Counted from the first letter of the stretch, positions 48,042 to 61,142 are shown. The stretch is DNA of 64,000 nt from Azolla caroliniana (GCA_043228905.1 JBHGNT010000010.1:6386001-6450000); one strand, 5' to 3'. Made by a program: numbers and translations. The notes: generated by a model not told the origin, from the letters alone.

Positions 48042-48626
48042 TGTCGCGATATTCCGCGAGTGCGTGTAAGATCTGAGGCGGGACCACGGGGTTCTTGGAC
48101 TAGGGAGTAGAGGAGAAGGAATAAGACCCAAAATGGAAGATTAGCTCAAGAGAAGAAGAGGAAGAATGACACATAAACATAGAGTAGAATAGATGGAGGC
48201 AAGATACACCCACAAGACAAGAAACATCCACATGCTATATTAAGAGTTCACAAAGATTACAACCAAGGCCGCATAGGCCGCACCCCAAAACAACTACAAG
48301 AAAACCCTAATCGGATAAGTAAGCAAAGAAGCATAGAAACCCTAAAGAAACCCAAGAAGAAACCCTAAAACCGAATAGAACCCCTCGACCTAAGTGGTAT
48401 ACCTCTCTCAATCAAAATAGGCAACCCCTTCACAAGAGACCCCTCCCTTCCTTTTATAGCCCAAGGAGGGAGGGATATTACAATGTGGGATAAATACTCC
48501 CCCTTATTCTATACACCGTTTTCCTACTATACATGTGCACATGTTGCACACCACCGACTTGCCCATTCCACCCTGGTTTCACACTATAGTCGGAAATCTT
48601 CACGACAACTTTTTAGTGTCATAACA
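48042..48626 (-). mobile_element. Solo LTR related to the 61143 LTR
   Basis: TGTCGCG...CATAACA. CACGT occurs on both flanks (overlapping the terminal CA on the right). Shares TTTATCCCACATTGTAA..TATAAAAGGAAGGGAG with 61294-61346 in reverse. Confidence 0.8.
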
Positions 48627-49608
48627 CGTGAATTATCACCACTGAATCACAAAGACTTTCAATGAATTGAAATGACTTTCCATGAAGGCAATGGGAGAGT
48701 CACAGAAACTAAGGGGAAGCCATAAAGGACATCATGTCTTCATCACATGACCAATACTTCCATATCCCTTAACTCCAAAGTGGGTTATCTATTAGTCTTA
48801 CATTCATATCTTCCTATTATAGTCTTTGATGCCCTTATGTGGTGGCTAATTCAACTAATCTCAAAATTTCCTCTTTGTTTTCCATTCTCCATATTTACAC
48901 TATAGTTTCACTAATTGACATATTAATTGCTTTTGTACAAAGTAGTGTATTGGATGACCCATCACCTAGATTGACGATCAACACCTAGCACAGTCATGAA
49001 ATAGCCATTTTAATTGTGAAAATGTTAGAAAAAGAAACAAATGAAAGCTTTGCCTCTACAGTTGACAATGAATTAGAGACGATAATCACATTGGATACAT
49101 CTTTCTAACATTGGTGGAGTTGGATGGTTATGAGGAGAAACACCATTGATATGTGTATTTTGTTTGAGTAAACTCATATGTGCAACAAAGGGCGGTACTT
49201 TTATTTCATTAAAGATCAACTCATATTGTAGTATAAAAAAGGTGATATTCTGTCTAGATTTCTTTTGGATGTTATTCCAATTTTCTACCAATACTCCTTT
49301 TTGTTGCAACATTACCATGTAAGCTAGCAAGGATTTTTGTGCTCGTTGTTTCTTGACATGCATCTTGGCTAATGGGGGCACAAATGGACAAGACCTTGCT
49401 CAACTTCTTAACTTCACTTAGCTTATCGTAAAGAACTTTTAATAAAAGCATATGTTGTTGCTTGTTGGTTGGCTTAGGTGTTTGGTTGCATGGTGTCAAT
49501 ACGGAAAAGTGGGTTTTGGTGTAGTTAATATGGGAATCTGGAGATTATTTGAAGGATCCATTTGCTCTCTTTCTTCAGTGGTGGCGTGTTGCCACATCTC
49601 ATCCTCCT

Positions 49609-50266
49609 TTAATTGTCGTTCATGGGCCATGATGTTGTCGACCAGATTCCCATCTTCCTCTTGTCATGTCGTCGGCATACTCTTTCTACTTTGGCCCAAT
49701 CCCTAGTGAGGCCATTCGCACCATCATCATCCTCAAGTTGGATTCCAATGACCATCCTTTCCTTCCGATCAACTGACTTTACGAACATTAGGACTTTATC
49801 CACCCCGACCAATCCTTGATCCCACTCTAAGAGTTGAACAAGGTGACACTCGAACTCAAGGAAAGCATGCATGGCACTCTGGTGGTTCTTCATCGATGAT
49901 ACCCATTGGTCGAACTCATACAGGCTTCGTCCCTTCAGCTCTTCGTAACCATATGCCTCTCGTAAAGGTTCTTTGAAGCACCCCCACAAGTCATGAGCAT
50001 GTTGAAGGTCTTTCATCACTTCATAGATCAGTTCAGCCACCACCCGACAAAAGTACTCCAACCTCATTGCTTTGTTCACACCTCTCAAATCCATCTCGGC
50101 ATTGTAGGCTTTTAGAAAATTTTGGACTTCGCCCCCATTGAGATAACTGACTTGCTCAACCACGTTCTCAATGGCTTGTAGGGCCACATCTCGTCTTTTC
50201 ATTTTTCTTGAAAATTCCATTATGATCTTTGACATTGCCTTCATGAGATATTCTTCATCCATCTTC
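49609..50266 (-). pseudogene. gag: Gag-like ORF of a gypsy-like element
   Basis: YLNGGEVQNFLKAYNAEM...RLEYFCR...FDQWV...DKVLMFVKSVD...GLTRDWAKV. Homologous to 62023-62640 and directly downstream of an LTR. Confidence 0.75.
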
Positions 50267-50297
50267 ATCCTCCCCTGCCGCGAAGATTGACCAAATG

Positions 50298-50916
50298 TGT
50301 TGCGAAGATTCGCGCGCACACGTGTGCTACTCGAGCGGGACCACCAGGGTCTTGGAATAGGGAGGACGTTATCGAAAAGAGGACGATGTCAATTTAAGAA
50401 TCGCGGAAACAATGTTACACATTCAAGAAGATCGAAGATTATACACTTGAGATGTAGATAATAAGAAGAAGATAAAGAAGAATATCATATTGATGATGGT
50501 GGTGATGTTGATATCACATATTTAGCCCCTGTTACACAAGCCCTAGTAGGGTTTTTATAGGTTTCTCCATGCACAAAACCATGGGCTTGGAGCCACACAA
50601 TTTGGCTTATGACGTGCATAAAACCATGGGCTGATGGTCACACGGTTTTATACGGTTGTTTTGTATGGAATTCTGAATATGATAAGGAAATAGACAAAAT
50701 CTAAAGCATTTAATAGTGGCCCTAATGGTAAGTCAAATGTTTTTTATCTTGGAGGTGCAAGGTTCAAACTTTACTTGCACCTCTTTGTATGCGCTAAAAT
50801 GCCACTAGGCCCTAGGGTTTTTTTCATATTTACAAGTGTTTGTGTAATGTTCATGGACCCTCACTTTTTCACTTTTTCTCCCATTGGACACGCACCATCA
50901 CGACACCGGCATGACA
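50298..50916 (-). repeat. 5' LTR of that gag element
   Basis: TGTTGCG...CATGACA. The U5 end resembles 48042-48110 and the U3 part resembles 60300-60410. Confidence 0.75.
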
Positions 50917-53526
50917 ATTGCTTCTTCATAAGAACAGGGTTCGCCTGCATCCATATAGTTGACAAAAACTTTGTCAGCCTTCAGACTCGTCCGGATCTCC
51001 TTGGTGCCGATTTATTTGGTTCGGGTTCTTCAATTGGCTCGAATGACCGATCAACATGTTCTGAACCTTGATGTGAAGGAGATCGTGGTGGGGATCCGCT
51101 AAGGCAATCATCGTGCCTTGGTGTCGGATCACCCTCTTCTTTGGGAGTCGACCAGTGAGTGGGTACCTTGGCCGGTTTGGGCCGGCCGTTTTGGCATCCT
51201 AGTCGACTCGGTTCTGATCAATTTTCTATCCAATTCGAAGTCAGCTATTGGAACTTTCACCGATTCGGATTTGGCTGGGGGGTTGCTACTTGAATCTTGT
51301 CCGGTGTTTCACCAAATAACTTATTAGTATTCGGCGATTGGCATGTCTTCTTCGGATTCTCTGTCTAAAAGATCGAAAGTGACCTTTTTGCTTATTTTTT
51401 GTTGGGATCAGCCGAAGAGAATTGAGTCTTCGTTGAAGATTACATCACTACTACGCATTAATTTTTGATTCTCCAATAACCAAAGTCCCCATCAGTTCCA
51501 TAACCGAGGAATATACACTTTGTGGAATGGGGTGCCAACTTGATGCTTTTCTCCTATGGGACGAATGCATAGGCTTCGCATCCAAATATACAAAGCCGAT
51601 CATATGTTGGTTGTCTTCCCGACCATAGTGCCTATGGCACTTGGAGCGTGATTGCATTTGACGGTGATAGATTTATCAAGTAAATAGTCGTTTGCAATGT
51701 TTCGGCCCAGAACTCTAGCTTCAATTTGGCCTGCTGGAGCATTGCCGTCACATGTTCTTTTATAGTCTAGTTCATTCGTTCGGCTACACTATGGGTGTAG
51801 AGAATGGTTTTCTGATGCCGGATCCCCTTTTCGGATATGTAGTTTTCAAAGTCTTTCGAGGTTTATTCTCCTCCATTGTCTCACATGACTGTTTTTACTT
51901 TGTGGCCAAATCGGTTTTCGACTTCTTTCAGCCATCTACTGAAAACCTCAAGCGCTTCATCTTTTGACTTAATTGAGTACACCCAAACCTTCCATGTAGA
52001 GTCATCAACAAATGTGATGAAGTATCGTGAGCTACCTAGAGATCTTTCTAACATTGGCTTGCAAATGTTTGTATGGATTAACTCCAGGGACTGTTTTATC
52101 ATCTCGTAGTGCAGAGAGTGAGGGTTTCGGGTCTATTTCCCGTATCGGCAATGCTCGCAAAAGTCAAACTCTGCATGGTTGAGCTTTGGTATGTAGCTGA
52201 TTGTTGGTAGACATTTGAGTCCGTCTTCTGACATGTGTCCTAGTCATCCATGCCATAGCAGATTTCCTCTAGTAATTTTCCATGACGACTTGCCTAGTGT
52301 CGTCCTATACCCACCTTGGCTAGCATGTCGATGGAGACTAGACTCCTTTTGAGCTCGGGTACATGCCGAACATGGTGCAGGATGATGCTACTTCCATTCG
52401 GTAGCCAAATAGGGATTTTGCCGATTGTAGCAATATGGCACTCTTGTCCATTGTCGAGTCAAATTGTGCCGCCGACTCTGACCAAATAGTCCGAAAACGA
52501 TTCAGGTCAAGGGGTTATGTGAAATGTGGCGCCCGAATCGAGAAACCACGTCTGCGCATCTTGTGCACTATACATGATCTCTTCTGTTGTTGAGCCTTCA
52601 ACTGAAAGGACTTCTCCCGATCAGGATTCGGCAACATTGATTTGGCTGCCGCGATTTAGAAGAACCTGTATCCCAATCGAATTTACGACCATTCCCCTTC
52701 CTATTTAATGACCAATAGTCGGTAACGCTGTTGTCGGCCTTCCTGTAGTGTGTGCAGTAGACATTTGGCTTCCCGTTCCACGACTTCGATTATTGTCAGA
52801 CATTTCTCCTCCTTGGCCGACTTTGGCTTCAACCAATTCTTTGAGCCATTTCTAGTGAGAACTGGGCTTTGCATTTTCTTCAATGGTGAGTCCCATTGTC
52901 CTACGCTAGATATCTTCCGATAGTATCGTCTAATGTCAGCTTCGAAGAATTGTTTGTGAACGTGGTGCATAAGACCTCCCAACTCAGTGGAAAGCTCGAG
53001 AGAAGTGCAAGGGCTTTGAATTCTTCTTCAAAGTTCAGTCCTTGCGAGGAGAGTTCAGCCAACACCCGGCTAAATGTGGTGATGTGGGATGTTGTTGGCT
53101 ATGATTCCTTCATCTTAATATTCAACAATAGTCGGATCAATATGAGTCTTTATGAAGACGATTTCTTTTCGTAGACAACCTGCAACTTCTCCCATAGGGT
53201 GTAAGCCAACATCTCTTTGGCCATACTAAAGTAGACGTTTTCGGCCAGATACATCTGAATGGTCAATGTGGCTATTTCATCTAGAGATCTTCATTCTTCT
53301 GCAATCATTGAAGTCAGCTTGGTGTTCTGCCATATAGCTTCAATCTGACATTGGATGATGAGTACATCCTGCATCATCTCCTTCCACAAGGCAAAATTTC
53401 GACTCATGTGTCGGATGTTGAAGCCATGTTTTGTTGGATGTGAGATTGTTGGCTTGGTCCTTTTCTTCAGCAATATATCCTTCTCCTTGTGTTGTTCCTA
53501 CTAAAGTCTGAATCGCTCTGATAGTA
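50917..53526 (-). mobile_element. Degenerate Ty1/copia 5' half (PBS, gag, PR, INT)
   Basis: Decayed Met PBS GCTCTGATAGTA at 53515-53526; ALWKEMMQDVL (gag); WFLDSGATFH (PR); LELIHTNICKPM...GSSRYFITFVDD (INT). Confidence 0.88.
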
Positions 53527-53682
53527 CTTTCTTGAAATTGTGAGTGTCTTTGTCGGTTGCTACGAGATGAGATGATGACCGACCACTTCGGAAGTGTATG
53601 AGGATCCTGTGTGTGGAGTTAACATGTGAACAACTAACGGATGAAGGTTAGATTCATTGTTCCTATCAAGAAAGAATATTGA

Positions 53683-53801
53683 GATAGATAGATAGATAGA
53701 TAGATTAAATTATCGTCTTCGGAGGTCAAATATGACCTATGAGACCAAAAATATTACATTTCACATGATACGTGTGAAAGTGAGTAGTGACTCTGGATGT
53801 T

Positions 53802-53841
<40 letters not shown>
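53683..53841. repeat. (GATA)n at 53683-53705 and (GA)n at 53804-53841
   Basis: Read directly from the sequence. Confidence 0.95.
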
Positions 53842-53843
<2 letters not shown>

Positions 53844-53929
53844 ACACAGAGTTTTCTCAAAAGACATTATTTTACATTACCTGTCGAACGCACTTACAAT
53901 GTACAGTTACCTACTTTTATAGTTTGGTT

Positions 53930-54450
53930 AACGGAGTGTTCACACTAGAGATACAACGTGGGCAGAGTGGAACTTTTATTCCAACAATTTTTGGGGTCAA
54001 ATTTAACAAAGGCCAATTGCTCCAAGAATTACAAATTTTCAATGGTTGTTGGTTAAGGTTGGTATATGGATACCCCATGCTCAGGTAGGTTGTCCAATTT
54101 GCCAATCACATGAATATTGTAGGCATTTATTTTTGGAGTGTAATGTAATGGTGTAGGCTCTTGAGAATTTTTGTGATTACGAGATTGATGAGCTTCATTT
54201 CATGGGACAATGTGGTTAGGAGTTGCTTTCATAATTTAGTTTCTTCTTATGAGATGGACTCTAGTCACACTTTCAAAATTAACAAATTGGATGCTAGGTT
54301 GCATTCTTGTAGGATCTAATGTTTTCTTGAATGTTGTTTTGTAATTAAAGGAGTTGTGGGATCGATTGGCTCTAGTTGTTGTATGGTCTCTATGGAAAGC
54401 TAGGTGTATATGAATGTTTTAGGGTCAAATTGTCCTAGTTGAAGAAACCA
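53930..54450 (+). mobile_element. Degenerate L1 LINE ORF2 C-terminus (zf-RVT)
   Basis: FWGQI*QRPIAPRITNFQWLLVK, GCPICQSHEYCRHLFLEC, WDRLALVVVWSLWKARC. Confidence 0.78.
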
Positions 54451-55049
54451 ACACATACTTCAAAAGATAAATGATATAGATGGTTGGATCTAATAATAGA
54501 CAAGTGAGATGCATATAAGAGACAAAAGACAAGATATCAGACAAGAAGTGAGATTGTATAATGCATTTAAATGTTCTATTATTTTCTGACTTTATAATCG
54601 AATGATCATTTTCATTCAAATGACGAATTTGTATAGTGTCTCTTCGAAACAAAATCTTGGCTAGATTCATAGCTTTTATATATTGAAACCATGGGCTATT
54701 AATGTGCAAAATTGTGGTCTTAACCCATGGTTTTGCAGAAACCATGGTCTACAAGTTTTGTGCTATAATAGCACAATTCAGAATAGCATCTTATTAATTA
54801 ATATTTTATTATCACTACTCTAGATTTTTGGAGGCTCAATGACTAATTTTCTCTTGCAAGTAGGCATGATTCTTTTTTTCCTTTTCTTGGCAAATTCTTT
54901 AATATCCATGCATGTGGATCGAGGTATTTGTTCCACCTTTTTTCTTGTTTCTCTCATTTCTTTGAAGATCGACTTGATTATGTCTTCTTTCTTAGTGTTT
55001 CTTATGTCACGTCTCTTTGATGGACCTTCTTATATTTCCATCCTCTTCC

Positions 55050-55795
55050 TCTTCTCATCCACAAGAACTTCATGGTTGTCACACATGAAATTTACGAAGA
55101 TTGTGTTATCATCTAGTGGATCTGACCATATGGTTATGCTATGCACACTTTGATTGGAGAGTTGAACTTCATTTGGAAGTAAATTTTCCCTTATCTCATA
55201 GTCGAGAATGCTCCCGCCTTCTTTCATCTTATCTACTTCATGGTTATCACGCACGACTTCCACAAAGATCATGTTGTCATTTATTGGATCCGACATCTTG
55301 TTATACTAAGCACATTTAAATCATGAAGCTCTAGTTCATTGGAAGTTATTCTTTCCCTTTACTCATACTTGAGAATGGTCATGTCTTTTTCTTCTTATCC
55401 ACAAACACTTCGTGGTTGCCAAACATGACTTCTGCAAAGATTGTGTTATCATTTACATGATTTTACCATCTAACTATATTATGCACACTTCGATCAAAAT
55501 ATTACTCTTTGTCGAAAGTGATTTCTTCCATTTTCTCAATAATGATTTCTACTAAGCACACTTCAATCATGAAGCTCTACTTCATTGGAAGTTATCCTTT
55601 CCCTTTCCTCATACTCAAGAATGGTCGCGTCTTTTTTCTTCTTGTCCACAAACACTTTGTGGTTGCCGCACATGACTTCTACAAAGATTATCTTATCATC
55701 TACATGATCTTACCATCTAGCTATATTATGCACCCTTCAATCAAAAAAATACTCTTTGTCAAAAATGATTTCTTCCCTTTTCTCGATAACGATTG
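55050..55795. repeat. Old degenerate tandem repeat, about 4 units of 165-250 bp
   Basis: Recurring CTTC(A/G)TGGTTG.CA.ACATGACTTC..CAAAGATT.TGTT.TCAT at about 55067, 55236, 55407 and 55654. Confidence 0.75.
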
Positions 55796-56267
55796 ACTAA
55801 AACCCTATTCTCAACATGACAGTTTCGCACTTCTTTTTTCCAACATTTATTTCGGTTGATGCAATGTAGTGCATCACATTTGCATGGATTTCCTTGGCAT
55901 CTTCTAAAACTTTATTTATCTCCTTTCCCCAAAGTTTAGTCACAAGGGTTTTATGGTTTCTCTTAAGCATATCATGTTGCCCTCAAGGTAGTCAATGTTT
56001 TGACTAATGGCTTCATGAAGGCTCACATTATCTCTCCTTGTATGGTCCAAACCATTGCACCACACACATCTATATGGCTCTTTTCATTTTGGCCCTCTAC
56101 AACTTTGATTTGCTATTGACACCACCTCAAATATTTTCTCCAACTCTTCAATAATGTCATTTTTGAACTTTCTCTCAATTGGATAACTTTGTTTAGTTGT
56201 ATGACCACCATAAGTGTTTCTCCCTTCTCCTCAATAAGACTTGTCAATTCATTAAAGGAACCAGATT

Positions 56268-59200
56268 GATATCCTGAACCAAGAGCTGGATCGGATTGTA
56301 ACCGGTAGGCCATTAGAGGTCTACGATCCTAGCCTAGTATGTAGGCATATTTTTGGGAGTCAATGTCAGTCACTCGTATGAGCATTGAAGTACATGCCAG
56401 TACTTCTGTCAGTCCTTTTAAGGACTTGTATAAAAAGTGCTCACTGAGCACATTGTATGTACAAAGTGTTATTTTGAAATTGATTTCTAGTGTTCTACTC
56501 TCTCTGTCTCTCCCAAGTACTCTCTCTCTCTCTGTGTGACTTAAGCTTTCCATTAAACTTGTGTATATTCTCTATTGCTTTCCGGTGAAGTTGGTTTCAT
56601 CTACAAGCTTCCGCACGTTATTCTTTACATGGTATCAGAGCGTGAGGGTTGAGAATCCTTTGGTGCCGACAAGCGATTTGTCAAAGACAAACTCAAACCT
56701 AACACCCGGTTAGAACAGAAACAGGACATGGACAGAGGGATGGCAAGCTCACTTCCGACCGAGAAGCTCGGCATGAACAACTATGCATCTTGGTCGTACA
56801 AGATGCACCAGTACCTAATGGGGCACGGTTATTGGAGTTATGTCAAAGGAGTGAGTGAAGTCGCGTCGGCGTCGGCACAAAAGGACTTCCCGGCATGGGA
56901 GCAAGGAGCAAGGAGGGTGTTGTACTGCATCGAGTCTTCTGTGCAAGATCAGACGCTCAGCTACATTAGAGATGCAAAGTCGTCAAAGGAGGCCTGGGAA
57001 AATCTTAGAAAGATTTTCTACACCAGAACCACAACCCGTAAGTTGCAGCTCCGGCAAGAGCTCAACAACATCTGACAGAGAGACATGTCACTTATGGACT
57101 ATACCACCAAGTAAAAGGAGGTATGCGACGCGCTCGGGTCCATCAACGTGACGGTGGATGAAGACAAGATGATGCAAATTTTCCTCGGTGGTCTAGAGTA
57201 GAGGTACTGGCCTATCCGGACAGCGATTTGCACCTGGGAGAAGCCACTGTCATTCTTCGACCTACAATCGATGTTGATGGTAAAAGAAAACCACAGGAGT
57301 GGGTCGAGGACCACTCAACCAGACAGCCAGATGTTGTACACGGAAGCGTATCAGCCCCGTGGACGTGGTGGACGAGGTGGGTCAACACGCAACAACGGTG
57401 GCCAGCCAAAGCAGAATCGAAGGCACGGATACAATGCCAACAACAGTTCTAGACCTTCCACGGGTAGGGGGAGTCAAGGCGGTACCAGGAACCAGCAATC
57501 AAGAACCGATAGGGAATGTTGGTATTGTGGCAAGAAGGGCAACCAGGAGAGCGAGTGTTGGAAGAAGCGCGGCAAGACCGAACAAGGAGCCGGCAAAGCT
57601 CGCACTACGCAGAAGGATTAGAATGATCCAAAACCGGAAAAACCGGAAAAGGGCCAACCTTCGTGATGAAGCACAAGGCGAACTCAATGGAGAAGACCAC
57701 TTCCAAATCGGAGGAAGTGTGGTACGTTGACTCCGGTGCATCGAACCACATGTCGAGCCATGAAGAGTGGTTCTCGTATCTGGAAAAACCGGAGCAACCG
57801 GGAGTTGTCAAGACCGAAGACGACACTCCTCACCTGATTGAGCATGTCGAAGAAGTCGTTTTGAGTCATGTCGAACAAAAGGGAAAGTTGATGAATGTTT
57901 TACATGTTCCGATAATTACGAAGAACCTGGTGTCGATCGGGCAAATCGTCGACCAGGGGATGCAGGTGTAGTTTATGCACCTTAGGTGCTTCATTGAGGG
58001 AGAGGGCCAGATCATCGCGCAAGGGGGCCAGGACCGGAGGATGTTTATCCTCGACACTAATGACGTCGCCACCGCTCTATTTTCCAAAGGACAAAAAGTC
58101 AAGTCGGATATCGACTTATGGCATAAGTGAATAGGCCGTGTCAACTACTAGTGGCTTGAATCAAGATCTGCAATCAAAACAGGTGATATTCGGATTGCCG
58201 AAATTTAGTGGCCGGAAGGCTCAAATATGTGAAGCCTGCCTGCTCGGTAAATAACACCAGCTTCCATTCCCCACCGAAAGAAATCGTCGTCGTAACAAGC
58301 TCGACTTGATACATTCGGATGTATGGAACTGGCACAAAATGTTAATCTTGGCGGGAGTCGATATTCTGTCTCCTTCATTGATGACTATAGCCAGCACACA
58401 TGGATCTACCTAATTGAAAAGAAAAGAGAAGTTTGGTGTCTTCAACTGCAACAGATGAAGAAGGCCTTGATATACAAAAATTTGCCAAAAGCAATATCTT
58501 GTGGACAAACAGGATATATATGTTGAGCAGGACTACCAACAAACAAGGAGGACAACCAGGGTATGTTGAGCATGACTACCAACAAGAAATGTATTCTCTT
58601 CGACTGCGGGAATTTGTGTGGTTATGGGGAGATGGACGATAGGGTCCCCGAGTATATCCCCTTTGTATGTGGTATAGCAAAGGTGTTATTGGCAAGAGAT
58701 TTGTTTTCATAGTTTATAATTATCTTTATCTTGCCAAAGGCCACCACTTATATTTGGTCCTTTCTTTGATGATATAACTTGTAGACATGGAAAATATTAT
58801 AGTCTATTTGTATAGTGCCTCTGGCCTTTTTAATTTTAATACCAATGGAGCATAATTTTTATGGAAAAAAGAAAAAGAAAAGAGAAATTTTCGACTATTT
58901 CCGAAACTTACAGAATTTAGAAGAACAGGAAATGAAGAGGAAGATCAAGTGTCTGCGGTCGGATGGCGGAAAAGAATACTTTTCCGGCCAATTCAACAAT
59001 TACTTGCAACATAAAGGAATTCAGAGGGAATTCAGTTGCCAATACATTCCGGAACAAAATGGCATTGTCGAGAGGAAGAATCAGTCGATAGTGGAGGCGG
59101 CACGGCCAATGCTAGAAGAGAAGAGCATGCCCAAGTTCTACTAGGCCAAAGTGGTCCGGACAATCATCTACATCCAGAATTGGATCGGGGAGAAGGTGTC

Positions 59201-60099
59201 AGCACACATGTTGTACTTCGAACGGAAGTGGACTTTAAGACACCTTAGGGTATTCTATAGCATAGCCTTTGTGCATGTACCATATGAGAAGCGGAGAAAG
59301 TTAGACCCGAAGTTGGAGAAGTGCATATTAGTCGGCTACTCTCATGAGCAGAAGGGGTATAAGTGCTACAACCCTTGGACAAAGACAGTCCGAGTAAGCC
59401 GAGATGTCAAATTTGACGAATCGGTATCCTGGTACTCTCTACCAACTCCGACTCTGGAAGATGAGGCCAGTGACCCCGAAACAATCTAGGCAGAAGAGGA
59501 AGAAGATTTTGGTACTCTAGATGAGAGTCCAATCTCATTTCGGCTAAGCGAGCCGAACGAGTGACTTAGTTAGAACGACCAATCAGATGAAGAGTCGACG
59601 AGTAGTGGAGACTTAGTCATGTTGTCCCCACGCAAGGAACCGAGGAGATGATTCATGCGCAAAGAGAAGGGGAAGAAGAAGATGTCGGAATACGACACCA
59701 ACAGAGATGAGTCGGATCGGAGCGAATCCGACTACGGAAAGAATGAAGGCGGACCTTCCGGAACGAAGTCCCAGTCGGCCAACAGGGCCTTGAAATCGAT
59801 TGATAAGAAATTACACCGATCCACCCCCAGAAGAACAACGGTACGGCTATAATGAGTACATGATGCATCACTATGTGTACATGACCAAAGTGGCGGAACT
59901 GCATGAGCCAGAGAGCTACGTCGATGGAGCCAAGGACACGAATTGGCGTGTTGTTATGGAGGAAGAAATGCGAGGGCTCGATGCCAACGACACATGGGAC
60001 TTGGTTGACCCTCCCCGAGATTGCAAACCGATCATCCGCAAGTGGGTATAGAAGGTAAAGTATAATGCCAACGGTTCGGTCAACGGGTACAAGGCCCGG
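56268..60099 (+). mobile_element. gag-pol: Ty1/copia element (partial 5' LTR, PBS, gag, PR, INT, start of RT), 3'-truncated
   Basis: LTR ends TTACA at 56629; PBS TGGTATCAGAGC at 56630-56641. EKLGMNNYASWSYKM (gag); CWYCGKKGNQESEC; WYVDSGASNHM (PR); LRSDGGKEY and EQNGIVERKN (INT); NDTWDLV...YKAR (RT). Confidence 0.93.
58435..58872 (+). mobile_element. 5'-truncated non-LTR (LINE-like) insertion in the copia integrase
   Basis: 18-bp TSD AAAAGAAAAGAGAA(G/A)TTT at 58417-58434 and 58873-58890. A-rich 3' end. The host frame (IEKKREV / IFDYFRNL) resumes. Confidence 0.75.
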
Positions 60100-60648
60100 T
60101 GTCAGGAAGATTTTCGGCAACAGTGTGAAAATCGCGTGGAACGAACCAAATCAAGAAGGTGCAATGTGCACATGAATGAAATGGGTTACACTCGTATCTT
60201 AGCATGTTGTAAATACAAATGAAATGAGAACCGGGAAAAGAAAGGCTAGATGTAAGGTTAAACATGTGCACGTGTGATGTGTGCGCATTACACAAACACT
60301 TGAAAATAAACCTAGGGCCTAATGACTTTTTCTTGCATACCAAGGCGTGCAAGTAAGGTTTTCAACCTTGCACCTCCAACATAGGAGACAATTGACTTAC
60401 CACTAAGCTAAGTTGATTCTTTAAAACTTTACTCATTGTATTTTTCACATGTAAATTCTCATACATGAGAGCTTGAATGAGTGACATGGTCATCATGCAT
60501 CGCATGCATTCCATGCATTGTATGCATGTCTTGTACCCTCACATGCATCCTACGCATGCGGGAATCTATAAAACAAAGGAAGAAAAAGAAAAGAAGGATG
60601 ATATGTACTGAATCAAGAAATTCATAACAAAAGAAGGAAGTTTTTCTG

Positions 60649-60650
<2 letters not shown>
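60100..60650 (+). repeat. Truncated LTR (U3 and TATA) inserted in copia RT
   Basis: Begins TGTCAGG right after the YKAR codons. Similar to 50720-50830 and 34770-34865 in reverse. CTATAAAA near 60566. Followed by (TC)n at 60651-60693. Confidence 0.72.
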
Positions 60651-60693
<43 letters not shown>

Positions 60694-60699
<6 letters not shown>

Positions 60700-61142
60700 C
60701 TCTCAATCTATATAACAATAATAATAACAACTCTAAGAACTACCCACAAGTGGTTGCCCTAAGTCATATTTATACTTATATGACTTTAGAGCTATTTACA
60801 AATATGACCATGATAGGCCTTCTAGAAACATATTTACAAATATGTCCCTAGATCCGGCTCACACCGGATTCATCCAGATATCTTCCGGATCCGTCCGATC
60901 CGGCTCCTCTAGTTCTCATCCGGAGGGATCGAATTCCCAACAAGCTCCCACTTCACTCTGGCATGGGGTGTCTTGTCAATCCGATCTATCTCCTGCACAC
61001 GTCCAGCTTGTCGGCTGACAACACCTTGGTCAGCATGTCTGAGTCGTTCTCCTCCATATGGATCTTCAACAGCATGAAGTCTTGATCTTCTATTCTCTCC
61101 CAGAGCCAGTGGTATGTACGTTGGATGTGCTTCGTCCTAGAG
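60694..61142 (-). mobile_element. Copia 3' end: RNase H C-terminus, PPT and part of the 3' LTR
   Basis: RTKHIQRTYHWLWE...ENDSDMLTKVL. PPT (AGTGGGAG) adjoins ...CCCAACA at 60941. The LTR is homologous to 39419-46030. Confidence 0.85.
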
